Source: Callorhinchus milii (Eukaryota). From it: a stretch of 64,000 nt of DNA. Shown here in pieces: positions 50,091 to 63,089 of the stretch (positions are counted from its first letter, which is position 1; every line of letters begins with the position of its first letter). The notes beneath the pieces are model-generated. The model was not told the DNA's origin, did not search any database, and saw only the letters and a list, made by a program, of their open reading frames with translations. The position numbers and the translations under genes were made by a program. The stretch covers positions 81,780,001 through 81,844,000 of the forward strand of contig NW_024704743.1 in assembly GCF_018977255.1 (NCBI RefSeq), given 5' to 3'.

Positions 50091-52764
50091 GGAGAAAATT
50101 AAAGGAAAAAAAAATGAAAACAAAACAATAAATACATCTCTTCAGAAGCAGAGCGAATTGAGAGTTTACAGTATGAAAATGAAACACTAATTGCCAATGA
50201 AAGTTTTTCAACTGAATGCACTGTCCAGACTACTTAAGTTTGTAGTTTTTGAGTACTATATGTGGATTTCTAGAAGCCCGACTGGATTTCAACCCTCTCG
50301 CCAAAGCCAAATGGCAACCCTGAACTATCAAGGGAAAGATTGCTCCAGAGTCACAAGACATGCCAAATGAATTATACTGTTTCTCTCAAATCCATGGCAT
50401 TTATCTTCATTGCCCCTGCTCTTTTTTAGGAAATTATCTGGCTGAAAAACATATTGGCTGTAATCCGAGGCTTGGACTGCATACAGAATATACTTTACTA
50501 ACTAATTCCTACATCTGCTGTGCATACGCCCTAAAAAAACACTAAGTTGTCAGGCAATACAATCACAATTGAAGTTAGGACAGAATAAATAAGCTTGTAA
50601 ATGTTCACAAAATGGGGTTTTATCTTCCAAGATGGCAGTTTTCCTTGCCTCTCCCCAATTTTCACCCTTTCCTCTCTGCAGAGAGTAACTCACGATGAAG
50701 TATGATCCACAGATGTCGACAGTTCTCCAAGTACCTCGTCCAAGTAACCCTTCTTCATATAGGAGGTCAGACAGTGTGCTTGTCGGGAGACTATGCAGTG
50801 AATTGCAAAGCATCTTGGTTGAGTCAATGTAAACTGATCAGTGCAAGAACCTTGGCTATTCCATAGCTCGTGAACACTATAGTATTTGGACAGTGGCTAA
50901 CAACAACTTGCATTTATATAGTGCCCTTCACCCCGGATAGGGTCTCGGAGCGCTCGGTCACTCACTAACCTGGAACCGATGAACATTGTGTATCAGATAG
51001 ATAGCATTTTGATGGGCTATTGTTTTTCCTGGAATAGCTGCAGACCTTTGACTGTACCAAAGGGACAAATATAAAAGTTGTGAATGGTAACATTCTGAAC
51101 AAGAACAGAAAATCCTGGCAATACCAAAGGAGGTTTTCAGGCACCTGAAAGGGAAACCCATGTTTCAGGCAATACTCTTCATCAGACAAAGTGCACAGTG
51201 GAACTCCCTACAATGGAGTTTATTTAACCTTCAGAAGCGGTTTGATGAAATCTCACATCGGAGGTTTTCTAGTTAAGTTCAAAGTTAGTTATTCAGAGTC
51301 GAAAGTGCGACTGGATAGGAATTGGCTTGAAAACAGGCAGAAGAGAATGCCCATGAGAGGCTGATGTCAGGTTAGGGAAAGGTGCAAAGCAGGGAACAGC
51401 ATGGCTCTATGTTTCAACCTGTGTTGTTTCTAATCTATGCTGTATAATCGACGTTAATTGTAAGCTTGTTAACTCTGCTGATGGCTCTTTAGAGGTCTTT
51501 CACATTATAGTTCACAAGGTTCAAAATGTGGTGACAAACTACACACACTGATATGTTTTGCATTGCCTCCATGCTTCTGGAGGTCAATTGTGGCTGAATA
51601 TCAACCACAATTTCCCTGGTTTCACTAACGTTGTTTGAGAAGCACAGATTGCGAACTAAATTGGCCGTGAACACTCTCACAAGACTAAATCTGAGTTAAA
51701 CTGGTGTTTTGTGAAGCACCAAGTTTCAACGTTAATGGTTGGAGGTTTTGTGGAAAACACATTCCTAAAATCTGGCGAGGATCACTCCTGAAATGAGCTG
51801 ATAATTAAAGTCTACCCTAGACAAGAAGCGTAGGCAAATATCACGTGTGATAAATATCACATCACACGTTGTAATTACATTTGTATACATTACTGCGGCT
51901 TAATACACATGTGTGATCTTTGCAATGTCAGGCAAAAAAGGTTTAAAAAAAAGATTTATTTTTAACAAAGAAGCAAAAGTCCTCTGCTTCAAGTAAAAAT
52001 AATCCTTTAACGCTGATTGTTCTGGCACGTCTAGAGATTGGCGGGGGAGGGAAATTTGTTGTGTTAGGCATTGTGGCCCATTATAGAGGAATTGTTTGTG
52101 TAAAATAAATGATCTGGAAACAGTTCAATTTCCTTATGGCAGCCCTGATATCCGCTGTTTATGAAATTACAGTGACTAATCAGTACAAAGCCATGACAAT
52201 CATAATAATTCTTGCATTTGATTTAGCGCCTTATCATGTTGTCAAGACGTAGCAAAGTGGGTATGGTGTAATGTGGTGTAACTGTGTGTATTTTGTGGGT
52301 GAACAAAATGAAAAATGCTCTTTAGCATCTTAACATGCAAGAAATTAGTCTCTTGTAAGAAATAGAAGATTTGCTAATGTACTGATGGTTGATTTGAGTA
52401 CAATGATGAAGAAAATAACTGGGAAACCTTGATTTATTGTCAATAAAGTGTTTGTCATAATCCAGCAAGTCCTGAGACCTGAGTTCAAGTCCAGCCCAGA
52501 CTGGTCGGGTGAAGTTTCTTCTTTCTAATGTTCCTGAGTGAAAGGAGTTTAAACACTCTAAGCTGGCTTCATTGTAGCTGTGAATCCACAGCCTGCATCT
52601 ACACAGCATTTGGCAATGATCCAGTGAGGCTCTCTTACAACATTTAGTTCATGGGGTATTGTTCCCCTGACAATGCATTACCCTTTCTCAACATTGTATT
52701 AAGAGTGTCAGACTAGATAATGACTTCAATTCCTGGTGTGTGGCTTCAACTCACAACTTTACAG

Positions 52765-53154
52765 TAAAATTCTCTCACTTATTTTCAAATCCCTTCATGC
52801 CCTCGCACCTCCGTATCTATCCGATCTGCTCACCCTCCACCTCCACCAACTGCTGCCTCCGCTCAGCCGGCTCCAGCTTCCTGTTTGTCCCTCATCCCCT
52901 CCGCTCCACTATTGGTGGCCATGCCTTCAGCCACTACGCCCTGAAACTTTGGAAATCTCTCCCTCAATCGCTCTGCCTGGACCTTTCAATCCGCACCTTC
53001 AAATCTGCCTAAAGATCTTCCTTTTTGATCGTGCTTATGGTCACCGCCCACCTCCCACTCCCCCTGGCTTGTTGTCAGACTACAGAACTGTGAAGCGCTC
53101 CAGGATACTATGCTGGGTGAAGCACTATATAAATGCAAATTATTGTTGTTGTTG
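52765..53154 (+). mobile_element. L2 3' fragment (second family)
   Basis: KILSLIFKSLHALAPPYLSDLL; (TTG)n. Confidence 0.9.
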
Positions 53155-53535
53155 AGTAAGTAAGCTATTTCCCTCCTCTTCGTTGAAGGAATCTACACGC
53201 ATGTTGACATTGACAGTGTCACAAGATGTCACCGGAGCTTGCTGGATAGCGGTACATCATCCAACTGACTTTTGTTCACAATTGAGCCTGTACAGTGAGC
53301 GGTGTTAGGCTAATCAGCCTTATCGGTGTGGTGGGGTGGGGGGGGGGGGTGCACATCCAACCAAGATTATTGAGTTAGACTTGGGTAAGTAGGTTAGGAC
53401 TTTGCTGTGTACATATTGGCTGCCACATTTGCCTACACAATATGCATCCATTACACTTTACAGTAGATCTATGAAGGACTTTGAAACATCCTCTCGATGT
53501 GAAGGTGCTATACCAAACATAAGGATTATTATCGT

Positions 53536-53840
53536 GGAGTCCTGTAGCTCAGTGGTTAGAGCACTCGCTTTGCAAGCGAGAGACCTGAGTTCAATTCCAG
53601 GCAGGGCGAAACCTTGGGCAAGTTTCCTTACTCCACACAGAGCCTAATAATAATCCCTCCAAAACCAAAAACAATAATAAATTGGTCATTTTCAATCCAT
53701 GACTGTTTGTGGGACATTGCTGTGCGCAATTGGCTGCCGCATTTCGCCCACAAATATACAGTCAATTCACTTTACAGTATATTCTGTGAAGCGCTTTGGG
53801 ACGTCCTCCCGACGTGAAAAGCGCTATATCAAATGCAAGG

Positions 53841-53877
<37 letters not shown>
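53536..53877 (+). mobile_element. Young SINE (TGC-loop head)
   Basis: Near-identical to 7317-7641; long (TTA)n. Confidence 0.93.
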
Positions 53878-53880
<3 letters not shown>

Positions 53881-54044
53881 CCACTTGGATGAAGTACAGA
53901 GAGTGGCCAGTGACCATGGAATTACATCCCCAAAAGTGTATAAGGGAAATGCCTTCTAGAGAAATGACCGGGGTGTAAGAAAAATGGAAGTGAAGATTGG
54001 ACAAATTAGCTTTGCTAATCATAGCAGTAGAATTCGTGTTACTT

Positions 54045-54270
54045 GGGCTCAGTTGGTCACACTCTTGTCTTTGGGCTGTAAAGTTATGAGTTGAAGCCAC
54101 ACACCAGGAATTGAAGTAATTATCTAGTTTGACACTCTAATATAGTATTGACATAGGGTAATCCATTGTCAGAGATGCCATTCTTTCAATAAGACAATTA
54201 TCTAAGGTTTCATTTACCTGACGTTTATAATTCCACAGCACCGTTTTAGAGGTCAAGGAGTTCTCTTGCC
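54045..54270 (+). mobile_element. Old DeuSINE-like SINE, 5' part
   Basis: GGCTCAGTTGGTCACACTCTTGTCT head, then TGACACTC...GATGCCATTCTTTC. Confidence 0.65.
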
Positions 54271-55640
54271 CTTGAATATTATCCCTGTCAAATACTCCCA
54301 CATTATTCCAAACTTCACCAAAATATGACCATTTAACTTGGTTCTGCTACCTTAACTGCTGCTGTCATGAATTACTGCAACTGTCATGGAAATTTAGTTT
54401 AACTTTGCCTAAACCACTTTGAGATGTTTTAGAAGTGATTAAGGCAGTGTATCAAATACAAGTTTTTTTCTAATTCAATTTCAATACCAGTACATAGTAT
54501 ACATTTTAACCAATTGCTTTAATCCAAATTAATCCATTAATACTATGCCTTTGATAGGAACTATATAGTAGTGTATGTAGCAAAATAGTGTGAATAGCCA
54601 TCAATTTATTTGGAGCTTTATATTAACTGGAAGACTTCCAACTGGTGCAGAGCAGAACATATGGTTTTCTTGTGTTCAGTTAAAATAAAACACATGTAGA
54701 ACTGGTCAGATTCTTCTATTGCACCACTTGGAACTAGATACCCAAGCGCCAAAGATATTTTAATATCCCCAAAGTTTTTTCTGCTTTATGTTGTTTATTA
54801 TTTTCTTCACATTTTCCCTCTGGGTGTCAGCCTGGTGCACAGAATAGTTGTGAAGTTTTCTGGATGCCCTGTAACTCTGAAGCTGGAGAGTGCTGGAGTA
54901 TTGCTGGGAGCATTTGAATTCATCTAACAGATGACATTTGCTGGTTCTTGGACTTCTCACTAGGCGAGGTATAAAATGGTAGCAAACAGTTAAGGTCATG
55001 AGGAGACAAATGGCCAGGAAGAGATTTGACTGCACATATCAGTGTTTGCGTCCAAAAGGCAAATGGGGAGCAGCATTAAAATATTAAAGACCCATATTGT
55101 TCCACTTTCCTGCCTGAGGGAAAATGGAAGCAAAGGCAAAATAGATTGAGAAAGATGGAAGTGACAAAATAAATGAAAACAAAGGCAAGCTTAAAATAAG
55201 ATAATGAATGTGCTGTTTAACCTGTTGATTACTTTTGCTGTTTGAGATCAGTAGAAATGCTGGTCATGGTGCTGTTATTTACTCACCTAAAATGCTCATT
55301 TAGCCCCATGTAGGATAGTAGATCTAGGATTCAGAGGTGAAAACCTTTGTGGTTATTGGCCTGGCTCCGTTGGTAACATCTGAGTCGGTAGACTGTCAGT
55401 ACCCATATTGAGACTTTTAAGTCAAAACTCTAGTCAGATACTCCAGTGCAATCTTACTGGAATGCTGGATTGTCAGAAGCACCATTCTTTGGATGAAATG
55501 TTAAACTGAGGTCTTGTCTACCTGGTCAGGCAAACATTAAACATCCCATGCCACTATTAGGAAAGAGAAGGGTGTTTCTACTGGTGTCCTGGTCAACAAT
55601 CCCCCAGATAAAATTGATCATTTGCTTCAAGGCTGTTTGT

Positions 55641-56692
55641 CCCTTTATCTCCTTCCAACCCCACCTGGTCACCTGTAGTGTACCCCAGGGCACCATCCTT
55701 GGCTCAATTCCTCATATATATGCTCCCTCTTGGCGATGTGATCCACAGGCATAGGGTCAACTTCCACATGTATACAGATGACACACAAATCTACTTCTCC
55801 TCCTCCAGCTGTGACTCTAGGTCTGCCAATGTTCTGCCAGCTTGTCTGGCAGACATCAGGGACTGAATGAGTGCAAACTTCTTGCAGCTAAATATTGACA
55901 AGGCGAAAGACATACTCCTTGGCTCCCGTCCACATCTTCTGTCCTGTAACTCTGACCTCCTCAACCTCCCTGGCCTATCCCTTAGACTTACTGAACCGGT
56001 GCACAACCTAGGCGTCAGGTTCAACCCGCAGCTGTCCTTCCTTCCCCATATGCGGTCCCTGACCAGGACTGCTTTCCACCACCTCGGCCACATTGCCTGT
56101 GTGCGACCATACCTTACCCCAAAAGCAGAAGAAACACCATCCAGGAGTTTGTCAACGACTGCCTCGATTATCAAATGCCCTTCTCGCCGGTCTCCCCAGC
56201 TCCACAAAATCCAGTTTTTCCAAAACTCCGCCGCCCATATATACACCCGCACTAAACTCCGTACCCCATCACACCAGTTACCCCAGGCTCCCCTGACTCC
56301 CTGTCACTGAACGGATCGATTTCAAGATTCTCACACTCATCTTCTAATTCTTTCATGCCCTCGCACCTCCCACTCTCTCCAACCAGCTTACTTCCCAACC
56401 CACTACCCACTGCCTCCACTCGACTGGCTCCGGCCTCCAGCTTGTCCCTCATGCCCTCCGTTACACAATTGGTGGCTGCACTTTCAGCCACTATGCCCCA
56501 AAACTCTGGAACACTCTTCCTCTATCCCTTGCCCCCTCCTTCCCCATCTTTAGGTCATACCTGAAGACCTTCCTCTTTGACCATGCCTACAGTCAACTCC
56601 CCCCGCTCCCCAAATCTGCATTGTACTCCGCCACTGACAAGTGCTCTTGACACTACCCATGTCAAGGGTACTATACAAATGTAAGTTCTTTG
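55641..56692 (+). mobile_element. L2 fragment inserted into an old SINE (halves at about 55358-55640 and 56693-56812)
   Basis: YTDDTQIY, MSANFLQLNIDK; SINE motif GGCTGTTTGT|GGGACATTGCTG is split across the insertion. Confidence 0.88.
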
Positions 56693-57521
56693 TTATTTAT
56701 GGGACATTGCTGTATACAAATTAGCTGCTGACTTTGGCTAAAATTACAGTCACTACACTTTACAATAAAATCTTGTGAAGCGTTTTGCGAGATCTCAATG
56801 ACTTGATAAGGACTAGTTTCAACCAAAACTACTGCATTTTGATTAACACAGACCAGGAATCAAACCTGCAACCGTTTGGTCTCTATAACCTAATGCTACT
56901 CACTTAGGTAATTCCTTAACCCACTATGTCACAGTTCTTTCCTGAGAATAAATGATTGACTGTACGATCTCAGCTGCAATATATTGCTCTTCCTGTAGCT
57001 CTCCCTTTCTGCTTTCCCACAGTATCTATGTGGATCTCTGACAATCAGAAGTGTCTCAATCCTGGAGTGGTCTAAAGCCATGTTTCTATACCCGGCTTTG
57101 ATCAAACTTTTTCAAAACGTCGATCATAATTGGTGGTATAAACCTATCGAAAATGTGAAAATGCCCTTGAATTGCTGTAAAAGTGGTGCTAATGAAACCA
57201 TCAACAAGTAATAGGGTTGTTCACCTAATTGGTTTATTTTTTTCTAAAACAACTTCTGTTACTAGAATATAAGTTGCTTATTGCATTCAAGGCACAAAGA
57301 GGCTGTACCCAGACACATTGTTTAACACTTTACTTCAACAAACTGAATTGATTAGGGTTTTTTTTGTGGAGTAAATAGGTTAACAACAAATCCACGTGAG
57401 CCAATCAGACAGGATGAAGAGTGGAATGGGAGGAGATCAGAGAGATAGGGAGAGGCAAGAGCATGAAGGCATTTATAGGTGAGGTGAGATCTTATAATAA
57501 TAATTAAAAGTTAGTGCTGTA

Positions 57522-57760
57522 TTTTTTTCTGATCAACCGTGTGTCTGACACATACACAAACATATCACCATGCATAATAGTATCCAAACCAAACTGAGAG
57601 TTCATGGAAATTCCAGAGACATTTATTGGATTGGAATGCACACTCTCTACCTGAAGGGACGCATCCTGCTTACATTATTCCACAAAGCATTAGGCACAAG
57701 TTAGCAAGAGTCAAGGTCTGGGGACCCCAGAGTGTGTGTTGGGGCACTACAGAAGTCTCA
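57522..57760 (-). mobile_element. Unclassified retroelement, 3' fragment
   Basis: Aligns with 37847-38072. Confidence 0.65.
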
Positions 57761-58102
57761 AGCAATGTATGTATGTACCAGCTTAGACTATGTGATTCTG
57801 AGTCCTAATGTGGGGTTGAACCCACAACCTTCTGACTCAGAAGTGAGAGTGCTACCACTGCACCAGGCTGACAACAGGGAGAAGGACTCAGAGGCACATG
57901 TGGTCTTCAAACTGTGCAGACCAGATGCAGATATTTCTAAGTAACATTTTACAAACTCACCATTCACATTTTAACTCACAGATTAACCTGTCCTGCAACA
58001 ATCCTCATCATAATTGAATACTTCCAGCTCAGGTGCCAATTCAGTATTTTAAGTGCTTTGAGAGGTCCTACCAACATGCTGAAAGATGCTGTGTAAATGT
58101 AA

Positions 58103-58237
58103 ACAACAACAACAACTTGGATTTATATAGCGTCCTCCACGCTGGACGGCGTCTCAGAGAGCTTTATAGTTTTGGATCCCGGGACCGAGCCAGGGAGAGG
58201 GTGGGGGAAGGTGACCAAAGGCGCGGTCGAAAAGAAA
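58103..58237 (-). mobile_element. L2 3' end (third family)
   Basis: Matches 38397-38525. Confidence 0.85.
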
Positions 58238-58648
58238 GTAAGTGGTATTGTAAATAAAACTTCACTTATTTTATATGAGTAATAAACCATATTGCTGCTA
58301 CATTTACACAGCAGTGGGAAACAGTGGCTTATCCAATTTATTTTTCATGTGATTCCAGCCTGTATAGCCCAATGCACAAGCAGGCTCACAGACTGTGCAG
58401 TTAATTATAATCCTTGCATTTGATATAGGACCTTATTACATCTTCTAAATGTTTCAAAGCGCTTCACAGAATATACTGTAAAGTGTAGTGACAGAATGTT
58501 TTGTGGATGATTGCAAAATTGTGTTCAATTCCTGTCCCAAGTTAGCTGATCTCAGCTAGAGTAGCAGTTGGGGTGCTTTAATTGACCCAACTTTATTGAG
58601 AAGGAAATGTTGGCCAGGATCCCAATCCTAGGGATACTCCTGAGAAGC

Positions 58649-59050
58649 TACAACAACAACTTGCATTTAAATAGCGCCCCTCACACAGGGTAGTATCCCA
58701 GACTGCTTGACAGTAATAGAGCCCAACGCTGAGCCGAGGGGAGGGAGAGATGACCCTAGGTATGGTCGAAGAGGAAGGTCTTCAGGCATGACCTGAAGCT
58801 GGGGAAGGCTGAGGGATATGGAGGGATAGAAGAGTGTTCCAGAGTTTTGGACCATAGTGGCTGAAAGTGCAGCCACCGATAATGATCTGGAGGGCACGAC
58901 GGACATGCAGAGGCCGGAGCCAGTCAAGTGGCATGAAGAGATTTTAAAACGTGTGTGAGGATCTTGAAATCGATCCATTTGGCGATAGGAAGCCAGTGCA
59001 GCCTGGCTAGAACTGGTGTATGGAGGTATGGAGTGTAGTGCGAGTGAGTA
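58649..59050 (-). mobile_element. L2 3' fragment (second family)
   Basis: Tail GGATACTACCCTGTGTGAGGGGCGCTATT and (TTG)n. Confidence 0.85.
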
Positions 59051-59666
59051 TGTTGGTGGCTCATCAGTTATGTGTGGGAGGACATCTAGTTCCAACAAGA
59101 TTGGCTTGCCTGTGAAGCCTGCCCTACATTGTTAAAAATAATATCCTGGCATTCACTGCTTGCACATAAATAATGGGCTTTTGGATGGGATGCAGGAGAC
59201 CTTCTGGCGACTGTGCTCCAGCAAAGGGGTGGTTCCTTAAGGAGAAGTGGGCAGTGGGGAGAAAATTGCCAAAGAAAAGAAAACAAGCAAGATTAGAAGT
59301 ACGTAAAAAAGAAATATAATGTGTTTTGAGTTCAACCTTTTATCAGAACTGGATAGGACTGGAGGTGACTGGATAGCAAATTAACAGACTCTCCTTTCAC
59401 CTCCGAAACCTTGGTTTCGATTCCCTGCATCGATGGAATAAAAAAAGGTCATTGAAAAAGGCTCCAGTGAGGGAGGCAGTAATTGCCAAGGCAAACAGAA
59501 GGTTAGGGTAGGCAATGGAGGCGTATAATAGTAACTCTGTAAAGAATGAGCAAAGCTTGCATTAGGCACCTATTAGAACCATGGTTGTATGTTCTGTATT
59601 TGGGAGCAAATTAAAGCAGCCAACCCACACACGCAAGAAGGACACACTTCCGCAAACATAGAATTA

Positions 59667-60042
59667 GGAGACCTGTAGCTTAGCGGTTAGAGCACTCGCC
59701 TCACAAGCGAGAGGACCTGGGTTTGATTCCTGGCAGGGCGAAACGTTGGACAAGTTGCCTTACTCCACACAATTCTGTTTACATACCAGTAAGTAGGAAT
59801 CTGGTTGTTAGCCAATTGGCGGATCGCTTTTCTGGGGGTAATAATTCCTTAAAAAAAATTAAAAAGCAATAATTTGGTTACTAAATCAAAGACTGGTTGT
59901 GGGACACTGCTGTGCGCAATTGGCTGCCGCATTTCACTAACTAAATATACAGTCAATTCACTTTACAGTATATTCTGTGATGGGCTTTGAGACGTCTCGA
60001 AGACATGATAAGGCGCTATATCAAATGCAAGGATTATTATTA
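59667..60042 (+). mobile_element. SINE, older subfamily (CAC-loop head, longer body)
   Basis: GAGCACTCGCCTCACAAGCGAG head; tail GAGACGTCTCGAAGACATGATAAGGCGC. Confidence 0.9.
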
Positions 60043-60045
60043 TAA

Positions 60046-60372
60046 CCTGTCCTATATCAATCTGTCCGCTCCCTCCGCTCAGCAGGCTGCTGCCTGCTCC
60101 ATGTCCCCTGCCCAGCCCACCATTGGTGGTCTGGCCTTCAGCTTTTCTGCCCTCACCTTTTGGAATTCCATCCCACATTCCCTTCACCTCTCTCCCTCCC
60201 TTGCCTCCTTCAAAGCACGTCTCAAGACACTCCTCTTTGACCACGCCTTTGGCCACCCTCCTACCATCCCTGCCCTCCATCCACTCTGATCCCAATCCCC
60301 CAGCTCAGATCCATGATTGTCCAACGCCTTGGGATGTTCTCCCAATGTGAAAAGCACTATATAAATGTAATT
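60046..60372 (+). mobile_element. L2 3' fragment
   Basis: PTIGGLAFSFSALTFWNSIP...SFKARLKTLLF. Confidence 0.88.
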
Positions 60373-60864
60373 TTGCATTACATTGTATATTATAATTACT
60401 TGATGGGCCATATAGAACAGCCAGTCAGGTTTAATTCCTGCGCTGAGTTAGCTGCACACATACTGTATTTATTGCATGATGTCTTTACCTGCTAGGGCAA
60501 CATGGTTATTTTATTTATTCTCACCTGCGACCAGCATATATACCTACATTGGTGAAAACCCCAGCAATTCACAAAGCAGAAAGTTTTGCATTAACAATTA
60601 CTTAATGATTGTAATGGAATTGCAGGAATCACAGGCTCTTGGGGGGAGGGTCCAAATGTGTAATAAAGTTTGTTCAATATTCCATTGTTTATTTCACTCA
60701 GTCGCTCAACTTCCCAGATCGCAAATTGCCGCATTTTCAACCACATTGTTGCCTTCTCCGATGACCCATTTCTCAGCAACACTGCAGCAAAGTGAGTACA
60801 AGGAAAAGTGTTGTTGATGGTCATTGGGGTGGCAATAGTGGAAGGAGGAAACGGTCAACAAAGT

Positions 60865-63089
60865 TTGACTGCACGTTTTACGTCTTTATTCTTCCATGAA
60901 AAGAGCAAACAATTATGCTGTGTTATCAAAAATATTTATTCATAAGTTTTTCTAATACAATCTGTATTTTTGAATATGTTGCGATGTTGCTTAAATAAAT
61001 ATAGGCAGCTATGTTAACATTCTACAGGGAATGTAATTATTATAACCTGGGAATGATACTGGCTACATAAGACTTTTAGACGTTTGCAGAATTTATGAGA
61101 TTTAATGATTTACAGGTACATTTTGATTATTATTTGAAATAACAGGTCACAAAATATCTTTTTTAAAAAAAGTTTAATACTGATGGAAAAAAATTACCAT
61201 TTATTTTATTTACTTCAGAAAATGAAGTCAATATATTTAACCAGGAAATGTAAACAAAAATCAAAGTCCAAAAGATGCAATAAAGTTAATTCTTAATCCC
61301 AGGTAAAAGCTTGCGGGTTCCATCTCTCACGCTCTCTTTCTTGAAAATGACCAGTTCACATCTGTTACCATTTGTACACAAAAATTCAAAAGTCTCTTAT
61401 TCATCAAGAGAACATGTGAAAATCACCTCCGATATTTTGCAAAGTTATATAACAAACCAGTTGCTCACAAGGTTCGTGCCAGCATTTGATGTTTAAAGTA
61501 TTAGGTTAAGCCCATGAATGTATTGTAGAAATTGACAAGTTTTCACATAGAAGTAGAAGGGAGGAGGCAGGATAAAAAAAAACTTCCTCTTGGTGAACAG
61601 TGTAAAAAAATGTCATGAATACTGATCCCTATCTGTCCAGTAAAAGTGTACTGCTTGGTCACCAATTGGTTGCAGTAAATCTACCGAGCGTGCAGTTTTG
61701 ACTTTCTGTCCTTTTTCTATGTAAATCGCTGGTGATTTTTCTAATGACTATACTAATAGTGGTACGCATTATTCATCAGCAATGTTCATTGCTGAGTTCA
61801 TAATTCCATATAGAAAAGTAGAGTCTATTGTATATTTCTTTAACAAAGTTACAAATTGGGGATAAGTTGGCAACGAGGCTTTATCCCTTTCGGGACTGCT
61901 CACCTCCAGTCATCCTCCTTCAGCAAACAGGTTGTGGTATCCCAAGCCATGGGCACCTCTGCAGCCAATACCACAAAGTATTCTATGTGAGCCGTGCAGG
62001 AGGCATACTAGCAGCAGGGTGAGAGATCATTTTATTTTTTCCTCTCTCCGCCCATCCCCCTCCCTCCCCCCAGGTGGAATGCTACTCTCTTATGAAGCAC
62101 TCCTCTGCTGAGCCAATGTCCGACAAGCCTCATATCAATTGTGGCATTCAGAGTCAAGTGGCAGGTAACCCTGAGCCCATAACCAACTGGTTTGAAAAGG
62201 CAGCAATTTATGTAGCAGGCTATTCCATCCCCTGTATAAAAAAATCTTTATAAAATAAAATGTCCAAAACGTACTGAGGCACAGGTACATTTCCAGTTCC
62301 AGTTAGTGCTTGACCTGACAGTACTTTTATTTTTGTGGAAACTGGGAGTTTTCTTGATGCTGCGGATTAAAGACATCTCAGATACAAAAAAAAATCAAGA
62401 TTGGTATCACTTCACATTTTCATTCACATATTCAATAGTCGTTCAAGGAAAGATTAATAAATGACAATAAATCTTTGGTTTTGTAAAAAAAAACATAAAA
62501 TATCGCAGAATTAAAATCACTGCAGTCTGCTGCCTCACTGGAAATCACTTACACAAAAACTACAGCATCAGCCCATGTTCTGGAAAGGAAAAAACAAGTC
62601 CAGTTTAGGCATGGAAGCTTAGTTTGTGAAGCGAGTACAGCCAGACCCATTTACTTTCACCCAGTGAATATGGCTTGGTTCATTCAACAATGCATCAGCT
62701 GAGATTGTAATGAAGGGTGAGGAGTGGGTGGAGAAGTCATTTCAAGAGTCCAAATACTAAATCCACCCCACTATCCACAAGCACTGCCAGTGAGGTATTT
62801 GTGACACAATCAAGCATTTTGCCCAATGGAAAAAAGTGCAGAGCCATCAAAACAGTCATAATTGTTCCACACAGATTGGTTCTTTCAGCCTGAATTGCAT
62901 GTAGAACTACTGTTCTATTTAGTTTCTTTGGCACAACAATATGAACCCTATTGCATTTCTTGAAGTCACAGCAGCAATGATCCATATCCTTTTGGTGGCA
63001 TCACTTTCACTGCATGATACCACCTGATGCTGTAATGTTTTTGTGTGTGTTTATTTTAAACTGAATAATGATACCTGTAAATGTAAACG
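60865..63089 (-). other. HAS2: Probable HAS2 3'UTR
   Basis: TE-free, AU-rich stretch between the stop codon and AATAAA; ARE-like UAUUUAUUUAA at 60991-61001. Confidence 0.6.
60885..60890 (-). terminator. Candidate HAS2 polyadenylation signal (AATAAA); a second one at 60935-60940
   Basis: Minus-strand AATAAA followed about 20 nt later by CA and a U/GU-rich tract, near the end of the TE-free region. Confidence 0.55.

Noticed and set aside
1..60800. Short ORFs of 60-160 aa as host genes; CRISPR arrays or other prokaryotic systems
   Set aside because: The ORFs are LINE or SINE frames or low-complexity chance frames; no repeat-spacer array or operon structure is present
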